A stretch of DNA of 64,000 bases from a bacterium (GTDB taxonomy: Bacteria > SM23-31): positions 1,472,001 through 1,536,000 of the forward strand of contig OZ252239.1 of NCBI GenBank assembly GCA_965249485.1, given 5' to 3'. The notes under the pieces were generated by a model. It ran no database searches and was not told where the DNA came from. It saw only the letters and a list, made by a program, of their open reading frames with translations. This document shows, piece by piece, positions 1-11,014 of this stretch; positions within the stretch are counted from its first letter, which is position 1, and each line of letters starts with the position of its first letter. The position numbers and the translations under genes were made by a program.

Positions 1-929
1 GGCTGGAGTAATTTTGAAAACTTGACCTTCTTGGGTACGGGGCGAATATCGCGGATTATCCGGAACCACGACATCATTTTCAGGATGTAGAACGTAATGT
101 CGATTTCCCACCAGAAAAATCCCTGCCTTGTTGAGCCAGGATATCGGTGGTGGTTATTATGCCATCCCTCGCCGAACGTCAGCAGAGATAGATATAAATT
201 GTTTTTGCTTTCGTCACTGCTTATATACCGTTTTTTCCCGAACATGTGGGACAGCGAATTGATCGTACAGGTTGCATGAAACAGAACCACGGTAGAAATG
301 AAAAATCCCCAAATCAGAAGTTGCGAGCCATTCGTCCCCAACGCAGGGTATGCGGTTTCTAAGTATTTTCCTAATCCGTAGATCGACACAGCTAATACTA
401 TTGGTACAAGGGTGTAGAAACGGTCAAGAAACCGCAGCTCCGGGTATTGAGCAAGATCCTTGACGATACGAAGGTCGGTGCTATAATTGACTTTCGATGT
501 TATCCAGCCGACATGACTCCAATAGAATGAGTGGATATGGGGAGAATGGACGTCACCTTCTTTATCCGAATGTTTATGGTGTTTCCGGTGATGTGCCGCC
601 CACCATAACTGTCCTTTCTGGGCAGCGCTATTACCGATAAGAGCAAATAAAAATTGAAAAAGACGGCTCGTCTTGAATGTTCTGTGTGAAAAATACCGGT
701 GGTAAAATGCAGTAATTGCGAACATTCGTATGGAATAAAGCGCAATGGCAACACCAATTGCTGTCCAGCTCCAGCCCACCCAGAGAAACCCGAAGCACAT
801 GAGATGAATCCCGATAAATGGGATAAACCGTACCCAGTCTACCGAATAATCAGACGTGTTTTTGTCAATTGTATACTCGTGAGAGCTGTCAATCCAACGG
901 GCTATTGACTTCAAAGAACTTAAATCCAT
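1..929 (-). CDS. Acyl-CoA (delta-9-type) fatty acid desaturase; 3' end runs off the window
   Basis: Not in the ORF track. Manual translation from ATG at 929 gives MDLSSLKSIARW... with three His boxes: YHRYFSH, WAAHHRKHH and GEGWHNNHH. The frame is open to the window edge. Confidence 0.9.
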   Translation of the reverse strand, partial: MDLSSLKSIARWIDSSHEYTIDKNTSDYSVDWVRFIPFIGIHLMCFGFLWVGWSWTAIGVAIALYSIRMFAITAFYHRYFSHRTFKTSRLFQFLFALIGNSAAQKGQLWWAAHHRKHHKHSDKEGDVHSPHIHSFYWSHVGWITSKVNYSTDLRIVKDLAQYPELRFLDRFYTLVPIVLAVSIYGLGKYLETAYPALGTNGSQLLIWGFFISTVVLFHATCTINSLSHMFGKKRYISSDESKNNLYLSLLTFGEGWHNNHHRYPGSTRQGFFWWEIDITFYILKMMSWFRIIRDIRPVPKKVKFSKLLQ

Positions 930-1307
930 TTCATTCCTTGTTGTGATGTAAAATACAGTAGCGTAAATACAGAAAAACTTCCATATAAAGAAGTACCGAA
1001 TTGTATAATTAAGGCAGAAGATACCATATATATGCAATATTTCCAAACACTATTATGCACTCTTAAATGTTCGTAGAACTACAAAAGAGGAAATCAAAAA
1101 TGTACAAAACGGTCACTGCGGGTATATAATGATTGTTTGGGGCGGTGAACAGGAAGAATAATCTGTTGATTTTTTTTCGGAAAATAATTACCATAATACA
1201 TTAGATGTGGAGAGAAACAAAACCCCTGAATTCCACACAGCACGTCTTTGTGATTCTTCTGTACATCAGTAGTAATCGTGCCATATACATTCTTGATGGG
1301 ATATTTC

Positions 1308-3101
1308 ATGCCTGAGACACTTGTAGATTTGTTTTATCAGTCTGTGGAGCGCTATACGGATAAAACGGCTTTAATGCACAAGCAGGAAGGCGAATATAAG
1401 TCCATCTCGTATAGTGCATGCGGTGAAATAGTAACAGATTATGCATGCGGTCTTGCGCAAATTGGTGTTGAAAAGGGAGACACCGTCGCAATTCTGTCGG
1501 AAAACAGACCGGAGTGGGCGTTTTCCGATATAGCAGTGCTTTCATTGGGCGGTCTAACGGTTCCGGTGTACGGGACGCTCTCGCCAAAGCAAATTGAATA
1601 TATTCTTAACGATGCTCAATGTAAGTTTATTATTGTATCAAAACCGGAACATTTAACACTCATTGAGATGATTTTTAATAATCTCAAAAGTCTGAAAAAA
1701 ATCATAACACTCTTTCCTGAACATAATGAATTTTTAAAGATTACACATTATTTTAAAGATATTGTGGATATCGGTAAAAAAAACCGAACCAAAGACCATA
1801 AAGAAATTGAGCAAAGACGAATTGGAGCCCTTAATACTGATGTTGCAACGATCGTTTATACATCTGGTACGACCGGTGCGCCGAAAGGGGTTATGCTCAC
1901 CCATGGCAATATTCTCTCGAATATTGATGGTGTACTAAAGTGTTGTTTAGGAATAGAAAAAACGGATATTTTTCTTTCATTTCTACCGCTGAGTCACTCG
2001 TTTGAGCGGCTGGCGGGGTATTACCTGCCGCTTGCCGCAGGCTCTGTTATTGCATATGCTGAAAACATGCAGACCGTCAGAGAAAATATGCTTGAGGTTC
2101 AACCAACGATTATTACCAGTGTTCCACGTCTTTACGAAAAAATGTATGATGTGATTCAGGATAATGTCGCAAGGGGTTCGTTCGTAAAAAAACTACTATT
2201 CCACTGGTGTGTCCGGACGGGAAAAAAATATTATCTCAGCGAAAAAAGCGGGAATGTCTCAAATTCACTAAAAAAACGGTATGCGTTAGCCAATAAACTG
2301 GTTTTTTCCAAATTAAAGAAGCGGACAGGCGGAAAACTCCGGTTTTTTGTATCAGGCGGAGCTCCTCTTTCAAAGAAAATCGCGGAGTTTTTTGCCTATG
2401 CAGGAATAACAATTCTCGAAGGATATGGCCTGACAGAAACCTCTCCAGTGATTTCAATTAATCCTCTTGGAAATGCGAAGTTCGGTACAGTTGGAAAACC
2501 GCTTCCAAATGTTGAAATCAAGATTGCTGACGACGGTGAGATCTACACATTCGGCCCAAACGTGATGAAAGGGTATTTAAATAAACCGGAAGAAACAAAA
2601 GAAATAATCGATGAAAATGGATGGCTGCATACGGGCGATATCGGCTATATTGACGAAGAGGGCTATATAGTAATTACCGACCGGAAGAAAAATATTATTG
2701 TTACTTCCAGCGGCAAGAACATTGCTCCGCAACATATAGAAAACTTATTGAAAACAAGCCGGTTTATCGATCAGATTATGATGATCGGTGATCAACGTCG
2801 ATTTCTTACCGCACTGATTGTTCCCGACTTTGAAAATCTGAGTGTATATTTTACCTCGAAAAACATTTCTTACGGCACTTTAAAAGAACTTGCACGCCAT
2901 CCTGAAACATATAAACTGATCAACAGGGAAATTGAGAGGCTCTCCATCGATCTTTCCAATCACGAGTGCATTCAGAAGTTCAGTATTCTTGATGATGAAT
3001 TTACTCAGGCAAATGGAGAGTTGACACCAACCATGAAAGTGCGGCGCAGTGTAATTGAAATAAAATATAAGGATGATATTGAGAAAATGTATTCCGAGTA
3101 A
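1308..3101 (+). CDS. fadD: Long-chain fatty acid--CoA ligase (AMP-binding)
   Basis: YTSGTTGAPKG, EGYGLTE and GWLHTGDIG motifs. ATG at 1308 preferred over GTG at 1278. Confidence 0.9.
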   Translation: MPETLVDLFYQSVERYTDKTALMHKQEGEYKSISYSACGEIVTDYACGLAQIGVEKGDTVAILSENRPEWAFSDIAVLSLGGLTVPVYGTLSPKQIEYILNDAQCKFIIVSKPEHLTLIEMIFNNLKSLKKIITLFPEHNEFLKITHYFKDIVDIGKKNRTKDHKEIEQRRIGALNTDVATIVYTSGTTGAPKGVMLTHGNILSNIDGVLKCCLGIEKTDIFLSFLPLSHSFERLAGYYLPLAAGSVIAYAENMQTVRENMLEVQPTIITSVPRLYEKMYDVIQDNVARGSFVKKLLFHWCVRTGKKYYLSEKSGNVSNSLKKRYALANKLVFSKLKKRTGGKLRFFVSGGAPLSKKIAEFFAYAGITILEGYGLTETSPVISINPLGNAKFGTVGKPLPNVEIKIADDGEIYTFGPNVMKGYLNKPEETKEIIDENGWLHTGDIGYIDEEGYIVITDRKKNIIVTSSGKNIAPQHIENLLKTSRFIDQIMMIGDQRRFLTALIVPDFENLSVYFTSKNISYGTLKELARHPETYKLINREIERLSIDLSNHECIQKFSILDDEFTQANGELTPTMKVRRSVIEIKYKDDIEKMYSE

Positions 3102-3175
3102 GATTTTCGATATTATTCGATTTGTCTCAGACAAATAGTATTATTATATAATGATACAATGGAACAGGTAATTGT

Positions 3176-4717
3176 GTGACTCCCAATAAAGTTAAACTGA
3201 TAATAGGAATAACATTTCAACACGATAATCAACTTGAATTGGTTGAACGATATGTAACTGAACAATTCGGTCCAATCGGTGCAAAATCAGCGGTATATCC
3301 ATTTTCATTTACTGACTATTATACAGAGGAAATGGGTACCGGTCTCAGTAAGATATTACTCAGCTTTGAACGGCTTATTTCCCGTGAAAAACTCTCATTC
3401 TGCAAACATCGAACAAACCTTTTTGAAACCGAGACATCACGGAATGGCAAACGGACAGTCAATCTCGATCCCGGATATATCGGTGAAGCAAATCTTGTAT
3501 TGGCGAGCACCAAAAACTATGCACACCGTATCTATCTCGGTGAAGGAATTTTCGGTGATTGCCACCTGGTTTTTGAAGACGGAGCGTTTCATCCGCTTCC
3601 CTGGACTTATCCCGATTATCAAGAGAAGTCTATTCTGAATTTTCTAGCGGATGTCAGGAATAGCTATGTCAAAGAAACGCAGCAGGAAGACACCAACGCA
3701 ACCGATACATCAGCCCTTTCCTATCGTGATGCAGGCGTCGATATTGAACGGGGAGAAGAAGCTGTTCAAAGAATTAAGGCACGGGTAAAAAAAACGTACG
3801 GTAAGAATGTACTGACTGAGCTGGGAAAATTCGGGGGGTTTTATGCACCGGACTGGGGCGAATTTGAGGAGCCTGTCCTTGTTTCAAGTGTTGATGGTGT
3901 TGGTACCAAGCTCAAAGTTGCATTTGCTTCGGGCGTTCACCATACGGTTGGAAATGATCTTGTTAATCATTGCATAAACGATATTCTGTGTTGCGGAGCC
4001 AAACCGCTCTTTTTTCTTGACTATCTGGCATTCGGCAAACTAGATGTCGATGTGTTTGAGGCAGTAGTGTCGGGTATGGCAAACGGATGTGAGGATTCTG
4101 GCTGCGCTCTCATCGGAGGTGAAACAGCGGAAATGCCGGGATTTTACCGAGAAGGAGAATACGACATTTCCGGTACCATAGTTGGTATTGTTGACAGGAA
4201 ATCGATTATTGATGGGACTGCTATAACAAAAGATGATGTTATTATTGGCCTTCCTTCTTCCGGGCTTCATACGAATGGGTATTCTTTGGCAAGGAAAGTG
4301 CTCTTTGATTCCGCTGGGCTTGGTGTCAATGCACGCCTTTCCGGCCTCGATGCCTCTGTAGGTGAGGAACTTCTTCAGATTCACCGGTGCTACTATCCCG
4401 CTCTCTACGAAATTATTCATGAAAAGCATATCCATGGGCTTGCACATATAACCGGTGGTGGTCTTCTCGGCAATATTAGTCGGCTGCTCGAAGGCGGTTT
4501 AAGAGCAGACTTGGACTGGAATAGTTGGGAGTGGCTTCCGATTTTCAAGCACATTCAAGAATTTGGTTCCATATCCGACAAAGAAATGAGGCAGGTATTT
4601 AACCTCGGAATCGGTATGACCCTCATTTTTGCACCGGATCATGTCCAGGAAGTGCAGGAGCGATTGCAGCACATAGGTTTACCGGGAATTGTCATCGGAA
4701 CGATAACAGCAGAATAA
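3176..4717 (+). CDS. purM: DUF4416-like domain fused to phosphoribosylformylglycinamidine cyclo-ligase (PurM)
   Basis: N-terminal ~165 aa carry NLDPGY..LASTKNYAHRIYL..PWTYPDY (recognised as DUF4416). C-terminal part has SYRDAGVDI, DGVGTK, GGETAEMPG, SSGLHTNGYSL and HITGGG. Confidence 0.9.
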   Translation: MTPNKVKLIIGITFQHDNQLELVERYVTEQFGPIGAKSAVYPFSFTDYYTEEMGTGLSKILLSFERLISREKLSFCKHRTNLFETETSRNGKRTVNLDPGYIGEANLVLASTKNYAHRIYLGEGIFGDCHLVFEDGAFHPLPWTYPDYQEKSILNFLADVRNSYVKETQQEDTNATDTSALSYRDAGVDIERGEEAVQRIKARVKKTYGKNVLTELGKFGGFYAPDWGEFEEPVLVSSVDGVGTKLKVAFASGVHHTVGNDLVNHCINDILCCGAKPLFFLDYLAFGKLDVDVFEAVVSGMANGCEDSGCALIGGETAEMPGFYREGEYDISGTIVGIVDRKSIIDGTAITKDDVIIGLPSSGLHTNGYSLARKVLFDSAGLGVNARLSGLDASVGEELLQIHRCYYPALYEIIHEKHIHGLAHITGGGLLGNISRLLEGGLRADLDWNSWEWLPIFKHIQEFGSISDKEMRQVFNLGIGMTLIFAPDHVQEVQERLQHIGLPGIVIGTITAE

Positions 4718-4743
4718 GCAAAACGGAATAAGGACCAGTATAC

Positions 4744-5463
4744 ATGTATCTCAGGAAACTGATTCACGGATTAAAAACGGATCCGGTGGGCTTTGTAAAG
4801 CGGGCTTTCTTTAAGACAATTATCGGTCCTTTCAAGTATGGTAAGGATAATGGATATAACGCTTCGCAATACTGGAAAGACAGATTTTCTAAATATGGTT
4901 ATAACCTTCAGGGGGCGGGAGATGAATCGATATCCAGCGAAGACAACGAAAAGGTCAATCAGAGTGCGCGGGATGAATTTGAAGCAATTTTAAAGCAGGA
5001 AAACATTGATCTTTCCTGTAGCGACATTCTTGAAATCGGCGTCGGCAGTGCCTTTTTCACAGGAGTGTTATTCGAATTAGGAGCGCAGAAACTAACCGGT
5101 GTTGACATTACCGATGTTCTCTTTAACAAGCATAAGGAGAAATTCCCGGATTATATATTTCTTAAGCTGGATATAACAAACGACACTGTGGACGGTGTCT
5201 ATGATCTCATCACAATGATAGATGTTGTGCAGCACATAACGGAAGAAGCGAAGGTTACTGCTGCAATGGCTACTATAAAAAATTGTCTGAAACCCGGCGG
5301 GAAATTCTTAATCGGCCCGCTCGAAACAGAAAGTCAGAAGCACCATTTTTATGTGCACATATGGTCTGTAGAAGCTATAAAACATTTTTTTAATGATTGT
5401 AGTATAGATAGGGAAATCCCTTTCAAAGGCAGTACTTTACTGCTCATAAGGAAACCAGAATAA
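4744..5463 (+). CDS. Class I SAM-dependent methyltransferase
   Basis: ILEIGVGSA motif I, GVDI, LKPGG. Confidence 0.8.
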   Translation: MYLRKLIHGLKTDPVGFVKRAFFKTIIGPFKYGKDNGYNASQYWKDRFSKYGYNLQGAGDESISSEDNEKVNQSARDEFEAILKQENIDLSCSDILEIGVGSAFFTGVLFELGAQKLTGVDITDVLFNKHKEKFPDYIFLKLDITNDTVDGVYDLITMIDVVQHITEEAKVTAAMATIKNCLKPGGKFLIGPLETESQKHHFYVHIWSVEAIKHFFNDCSIDREIPFKGSTLLLIRKPE

Positions 5464-5514
5464 CATTACATAAGTCTGTCATATATCCAACTTAATCTTT
5501 TATCTGAATAATCT

Positions 5515-6141
5515 ATGCTTACACTTGGTACAATTATTTTAATTAGTTATCTTGTCGGCTCCATTCCGGCAAGTATAATTGTCAGTAAATTGTGGGGTGG
5601 AATCGATATAAGAGAACACGGTAGTGGTAATGCCGGTTCTACAAATGTTTTCCGGGTACTCGGCTGGAAGCCCGGAGTTCTTGTTGTCTTGATCGATTTT
5701 ACCAAGGGGATGTGTGCTGTCATCTACGTTGCCGGAATCAACCTTGGAGATGCGCCTTTCGGAAATGATCTGCTCCAGATCATAGCTGGCAGTACAGCTG
5801 TCGCCGGACATGTCTGGACAATTTTTGCCGGATTTAGAGGTGGAAAGGGCGTTATGACTACCGCAGGTGTTTACATGGGTCTTGCTCCGATAACAGCCCT
5901 GTTTTGCATGTCCTTATTTGCATTAGTTGCTTATGCCACACGAATAGTATCGATCGGATCGCTCACCGCGGCAGTTGCTTTGACAGTTGTAACAGTTGTG
6001 CGGAAATATTGGTTGCACCACGCCATCAGCACTCCGATTGTTGCGGTTACAATTCTCGTAAGTCTCTTGTTAATTTGCACACACATAAGCAATATTCAAC
6101 GATTGGTTCAGGGAACGGAAAATAAATTTGAAAAAAAGTAG
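5515..6141 (+). CDS. plsY: Glycerol-3-phosphate acyltransferase PlsY
   Basis: GSGNAGSTN, FRGGKGV and HISNIQRL motifs. Confidence 0.95.
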   Translation: MLTLGTIILISYLVGSIPASIIVSKLWGGIDIREHGSGNAGSTNVFRVLGWKPGVLVVLIDFTKGMCAVIYVAGINLGDAPFGNDLLQIIAGSTAVAGHVWTIFAGFRGGKGVMTTAGVYMGLAPITALFCMSLFALVAYATRIVSIGSLTAAVALTVVTVVRKYWLHHAISTPIVAVTILVSLLLICTHISNIQRLVQGTENKFEKK

Positions 6142-7135
6142 TTTAAGTATTCTTGGCGGAGGTAGTTGGGGGACTGCACTGGCTTTGCAGCTTGCGCGGA
6201 ATGGCAGAAAAGTGACGTTGTGGGAATTTCAGCATGAACTTGCAGAACAGCTCTCATCAACACGTGAAAATAAAACTTTTTTGCCCGGATTTCTGCTGCA
6301 GGATTCTATTCATGTTACCGCTGAACTTGAAGAAGCAGTATCACTGAGTGAATATATAACCTTTGTTGTTCCTTCACACGTGCTGCGGTCTGTTGTTCGG
6401 AATGCACTGCCCTTTTTTGACAGTTCAAAAAAATTCATCAGTGCCACAAAAGGTGTTGAGACTGAGTCACAGATGCGGATGTCAGAGATTATTTGCCAAG
6501 AAGTACAAGATAGTGATTTCAACCGTATTGCCGTCCTTTCCGGGCCGAGCTTTGCCGAAGAAGTGGCGAGAGAGATTCCGACTGTTGTAGTAGCAGCTTC
6601 ACCTGATACTTCATTTGCACTGGAAGTTCAGGAATTGTTCATGTCGCCAGCATTCAGAGTATATGTGAATTCCGACATTATTGGCGTTGAGCTTGGCGGT
6701 GCACTTAAAAATGTTATGGCAATAGCAGCAGGCATTAGCGATGGCGTTGGATTTGGTGATAATTCAAAAGCGGCACTCCTGACACGCGGCATTGTTGAAA
6801 TGACACGGCTTGGTGTCGAGCTTGGTGCTGAACCGAAAACGTTTTCGGGGCTCTCCGGAATAGGGGATCTCATTCTGACGTGCATGGGTAAGCTCAGCAG
6901 AAATCTTTATGTCGGGCAGGAGATTGGTAAGGGGAGGAAGCTCGACGACATACTAAATGATATGGTGAATGTAGCCGAAGGAGTTAAAACAGCTCAATCG
7001 GTCAACGAGCTGTCGAAGCGGACGGGAATTGAAACACCGATTATGGATCAGGTTTATAAAATTCTGTTTGAAGGTAGCGAGCCACGCAGCGCAACGGTTG
7101 AACTCATGACCCGTGAGCCGAAAACAGAACATTGA
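6128..7135 (+). CDS. gpsA: NAD(P)H-dependent glycerol-3-phosphate dehydrogenase
   Basis: GGGSWGTAL, LSGPSFA, GALKNV, GLSGIGDL and SRN motifs. Confidence 0.95.
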   Translation: MKKSSLSILGGGSWGTALALQLARNGRKVTLWEFQHELAEQLSSTRENKTFLPGFLLQDSIHVTAELEEAVSLSEYITFVVPSHVLRSVVRNALPFFDSSKKFISATKGVETESQMRMSEIICQEVQDSDFNRIAVLSGPSFAEEVAREIPTVVVAASPDTSFALEVQELFMSPAFRVYVNSDIIGVELGGALKNVMAIAAGISDGVGFGDNSKAALLTRGIVEMTRLGVELGAEPKTFSGLSGIGDLILTCMGKLSRNLYVGQEIGKGRKLDDILNDMVNVAEGVKTAQSVNELSKRTGIETPIMDQVYKILFEGSEPRSATVELMTREPKTEH

Positions 7136-7195
7136 AAAAGTTTTTTCTCAGAACGATTATAAACATTAAAATTAATATGTTTCTATGAGGTCAGT

Positions 7196-8488
7196 GTGGA
7201 TTGGATAAATATTAAAAATGTAGCACAACACGCCGGTAAGGAGATTGAAATTAGAGGGTGGTTGTATAATAAAACCCACAAAGGCAAGCTCTGGTTTCTT
7301 ATGATCCGTGACGGTACCGGTACCATTCAGGGCGTTGTATTTAAAGGCGATGTAAGTGATGAGACGTTTCTGGATTGTGAGAAAATCACACAGGAATCTT
7401 CATTGATCATCATTGGTGTTGTTGCAGAAGATAAACGAGCAACGCTGGGCTATGAACTGCAGGTGCGCTCATTGAAAATTATCCAGATTGCTGAAGAATA
7501 TCCAATCACACCGAAAGAGCACGGAACCACGTTCCTGATGGACCACCGCCACCTCTGGCTCCGTTCGTCCCGTCAGCATGCGATTCTTAAGATTCGGCAT
7601 GAACTTATCAGGGCAAGTCGAGATTTCTTTGACAGCAGGGATTTTGTCCTGATAGACACACCCATCTTTACACCGGCAGCATGTGAAGGGACAACCACAC
7701 TCTTTGAGACCGGCTATTTCGGCAGCAAGGCTTATCTTGCACAGAGCGGTCAGCTTTACTCTGAAGCTGCGATAATGTCGTTTGGGAAAGTTTACACGTG
7801 CAGTCCTGCATTTCGAGCCGAAAAATCGAAAACACGACGGCATCTGACCGAATTTTGGCTTGTCGAGCCGGAAATGGCATTCTACGATCTTAACGAAAAC
7901 ATGGATCTTGCAGAACAACATGTGTGCTATATTGTAGAACGGGTCCTCGAAAACAAGCAGGAAGAACTTAAAATTATTGAGCGGGACACGAAACCTTTGG
8001 AAAACGTCAAAGCGCCATTCCCGAGAATTTCGTACGATGAGGCAGTCAAAATATTACAAGACGAAGGGATTGATTTTGAATGGGGTGGGGATTTTGGTGG
8101 TACTGATGAAACAATTTTATCGGAAAAGTATGATAGGCCGCTTTTTGTGCATCGGTATCCGGCAGCAATAAAAGCTTTTTACATGAAACGGGATGCCGAA
8201 AGAGAAGAACTCGCGCTCGGCTGTGATCTGCTTGCGCCTGAGGGGTATGGTGAAATGATTGGTGGCGGACAGCGGGAAGAAAATCTTGATATCCTTCTCA
8301 AACGGCTGAAAGAGCATAATCTGCCACAGGAAGCATTTGACTGGTATATCGACCTGCGAAAGTATGGCTCGGTTCCCCATTCCGGGTATGGTCTGGGAAT
8401 CGAACGGACATTGGCCTGGATATGTAAATTGAAACATGTGAGAGAGACGATTCCGTTTCCCCGGATGATGCACCGAGTAACTCCCTGA
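7196..8488 (+). CDS. asnS: Asparagine--tRNA ligase
   Basis: OB-fold N-terminus, [29 protein letters not shown]. Confidence 0.92.
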   Translation: MDWINIKNVAQHAGKEIEIRGWLYNKTHKGKLWFLMIRDGTGTIQGVVFKGDVSDETFLDCEKITQESSLIIIGVVAEDKRATLGYELQVRSLKIIQIAEEYPITPKEHGTTFLMDHRHLWLRSSRQHAILKIRHELIRASRDFFDSRDFVLIDTPIFTPAACEGTTTLFETGYFGSKAYLAQSGQLYSEAAIMSFGKVYTCSPAFRAEKSKTRRHLTEFWLVEPEMAFYDLNENMDLAEQHVCYIVERVLENKQEELKIIERDTKPLENVKAPFPRISYDEAVKILQDEGIDFEWGGDFGGTDETILSEKYDRPLFVHRYPAAIKAFYMKRDAEREELALGCDLLAPEGYGEMIGGGQREENLDILLKRLKEHNLPQEAFDWYIDLRKYGSVPHSGYGLGIERTLAWICKLKHVRETIPFPRMMHRVTP

Positions 8489-8576
8489 TCAGACGAGAGT
8501 GAATAGCATGGTTACCGATTATTTGATAGTGTAACAAGAATTACAACCCACGTTTTTTTCAAAAATATTTTTTCCC

Positions 8577-9098
8577 ATGAAAAAGCCAGATTCTGACTCA
8601 TCACAACCATTTTCATTTTCCGAATATATTACAAAGTTAGTCCACCGGAAACTCATTATTGCGGTGATTGGGGCAGGATCATGCAATAGGGACATTTACC
8701 GGTTTGCCGAAGATGTCGGTCGGGAAATTGCCATACGGGAAGGGATCGTAGTCTGCGGTGGTCTTTTCGGTGTTATGGAGGCGTGCTGTAAAGGGGCCAA
8801 ATCAGCCGGGGGATTAACCATAGGGATTTTGCCTGGAGTCGGTATTGATGAGGCAAATGACTATGTCGATATTCCGATTGCTACGGGAGAAGGGATTGCA
8901 CGGAATGCAATTATTGCTCATACAGGCAGGGCGGCGACTGCTGTTGACGGGAAATATGGGACCCTCTCGGAAATCGGATTTTTTCTGCAGTTGGGTAAGC
9001 CGGTTATCGGACTTCATACCTGGGATATTTCAGATGACATTGTAGCTGCCGAATCACCGGTTGACGCAGTAAATAAAGCGATTCAATATCTCGTTTAA
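8577..9098 (+). CDS. TIGR00725 / LOG-like Rossmann-fold nucleotide-binding protein
   Basis: VCGGLFGVMEA, GILPG, GIARN and GTLSEI motifs. Confidence 0.85.
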   Translation: MKKPDSDSSQPFSFSEYITKLVHRKLIIAVIGAGSCNRDIYRFAEDVGREIAIREGIVVCGGLFGVMEACCKGAKSAGGLTIGILPGVGIDEANDYVDIPIATGEGIARNAIIAHTGRAATAVDGKYGTLSEIGFFLQLGKPVIGLHTWDISDDIVAAESPVDAVNKAIQYLV

Positions 9099-9149
9099 AT
9101 TTATTACAAACCAGTCGATAACTAAACATTTGATTGAATAGAGTGTTTT

Positions 9150-9425
9150 ATGGACAGTTGTGTTCGAATAATCGTAACCGGTGTAGTTCAGGGAGTCGGT
9201 TTCAGATGGTTTGTTGAAGAGTCAGCGCTCGGACTGGGACTTACGGGATGGGTGAAGAACAGACTCGACGGTTCGGTTGAACTTGAAGCAGAGGGTTACA
9301 AGAATATGCTTAATGAGCTCATCAAAGTGCTTCATATTGGGCCTCGTGCCTCGACTGTTAAAGGAGTGAATGTGGAATGGAAGCCATATGAAAAAAAATA
9401 TAATTCATTTAAGATCACAATGTGA
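9150..9425 (+). CDS. acyP: Acylphosphatase
   Basis: VTGVVQGVGFR and GWVKN motifs. Confidence 0.92.
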   Translation: MDSCVRIIVTGVVQGVGFRWFVEESALGLGLTGWVKNRLDGSVELEAEGYKNMLNELIKVLHIGPRASTVKGVNVEWKPYEKKYNSFKITM

Positions 9426-9484
9426 TAGCGAGGTTCAATAGGGGCCTGTGTGTAAAAAAATGTAGGATCAGCAGGGAGATGAGC

Positions 9485-10009
9485 ATGACTGAATTAAGAG
9501 ATAAACTTCGCGTTGTACAGGATTTTCCAAAACCCGGTATTGGATTTTATGACATCACTACTCTGCTCAAAGACGGTCCTGCTTTTGCAGAGGCAGTTGA
9601 TATGTTCAGTAACCATTTTAACAATTACTCGTTTACGAAAATAGCCGGTATTGAAGCACGGGGTTTTGTTTTTGCCCCGGCATTAGCTTATAAGATGGGT
9701 AAAGGTGTCATTCTGATCCGGAAGCCGGGAAAATTACCTGCTGATACAATACGCGAGGAATATGAACTTGAGTATGGGACCGATGCAGTTGAAATGCATA
9801 CCGATGCAGTTGGAAATGGAGAAAATATTCTGGTAATTGATGATCTGCTTGCAACCGGTGGAACGGTCAGTGCAACATGCAGACTGATTGAACATGCTGG
9901 AGGAAATGTTTCTGGTGTGGGATTTCTGATTGAACTTGATTTTCTCAAAGGAAGAGATAAACTGCAACAATACGATATCTACTCGATGATCCATATTGGC
10001 GATGAGTAA
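9485..10009 (+). CDS. apt: Adenine phosphoribosyltransferase
   Basis: DFPKPGI, EARGF, RKPGKLP, LEYG and DDLLATGGT. Start moved to the ATG downstream of GGGAG. Confidence 0.95.
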   Translation: MTELRDKLRVVQDFPKPGIGFYDITTLLKDGPAFAEAVDMFSNHFNNYSFTKIAGIEARGFVFAPALAYKMGKGVILIRKPGKLPADTIREEYELEYGTDAVEMHTDAVGNGENILVIDDLLATGGTVSATCRLIEHAGGNVSGVGFLIELDFLKGRDKLQQYDIYSMIHIGDE

Positions 10010-10059
10010 CGCGATAATACAAAAAAGGTTAATGTGGTGCAATCCGGAATGATATATCT

Positions 10060-10506
10060 ATGAAGGTTGTTGTTCAAAGAGTGAGCAGATCTCAAGTCGC
10101 GATAGACGGAAATGTCGTTGGTAAAATTGGGATGGGACTTACCATCTTATTGGGAGTGTCGGAAGGAGATACCGAAGATGATGCTGTTTATCTTGCAGAA
10201 AAGTGTGTCAATCTGCGTATTTTTAATGATGAAAAGGGTAAAATGAACCTTTCCGTTCTCGAAGTTGAGGGGGAATTGCTCTCGATTTCTCAATTTACGC
10301 TTTATGGTGATACGCGCAAAGGCCGCCGTCCGAGTTTTATCAAAGCAGCACCACCTGAACTCGGTGAAAAACTGTATGATTATTTTAATGATTGTTTGAG
10401 AAAAAGTGGACTGAACGTTGAAACAGGGGAGTTTGGTGCGATGATGGATGTCAATATTTGTAATGAAGGTCCTGTAACAATTATTATAGACTCAACTCAG
10501 AAATAA
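10060..10506 (+). CDS. dtd: D-aminoacyl-tRNA deacylase
   Basis: QRV, SQFTL, GRRP and NEGPVT motifs. Confidence 0.95.
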   Translation: MKVVVQRVSRSQVAIDGNVVGKIGMGLTILLGVSEGDTEDDAVYLAEKCVNLRIFNDEKGKMNLSVLEVEGELLSISQFTLYGDTRKGRRPSFIKAAPPELGEKLYDYFNDCLRKSGLNVETGEFGAMMDVNICNEGPVTIIIDSTQK

Positions 10507-10543
10507 GATGATAGAAAAGTAATGTTCATTAAAGTTTATGGAA

Positions 10544-11014
10544 TCATCTGACTTCAATACTTACTTCCATATCAAACTATTTACCATCATCGAGTCTAAA
10601 AGGGATGACGAGAATAGGACTGTTGTGTTTATGTTTGATGACGTGGGCTTCACCTGAAACGAGGAGAGGAAGACTTATATTAAAAGGGTAACCAAGACCG
10701 GCAAATTCTACTTTTGCACTGCCGACTACAATATTGGCTAATTCGCCAACAATATCTTCGACTTCATCGTTAATTTCACTCACTGCCGTACCCATCATCG
10801 TTTCATAGAGCTTAAAAATTGTTTGAGTTGGAAAACTGAGAGCAACAGATCCTGATATATTAGCTTCTGCAAATCCGATAATTCCGGTTATATCACCACG
10901 TGTTGTCCGGTCTTTCTTGATAAATGGCGGCTTTTTTTCCGGAGTAAATCCTGCCATTGTCTGCATTGCTTTTTCGACTGCATTAATAAAAGGATTAATA
11001 AATTTTGTTTCCAT
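10544..11014 (-). pseudogene. cheX: CheX chemotaxis phosphatase with a premature TAG near the C-terminus
   Basis: FINPFI, DITGIIG and GELANIVVG (ExxN) motifs. TAG at 10577-10579 is followed in frame by FDMEVSIEVR-TGA, which resembles the usual last beta-strand. Confidence 0.7.
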
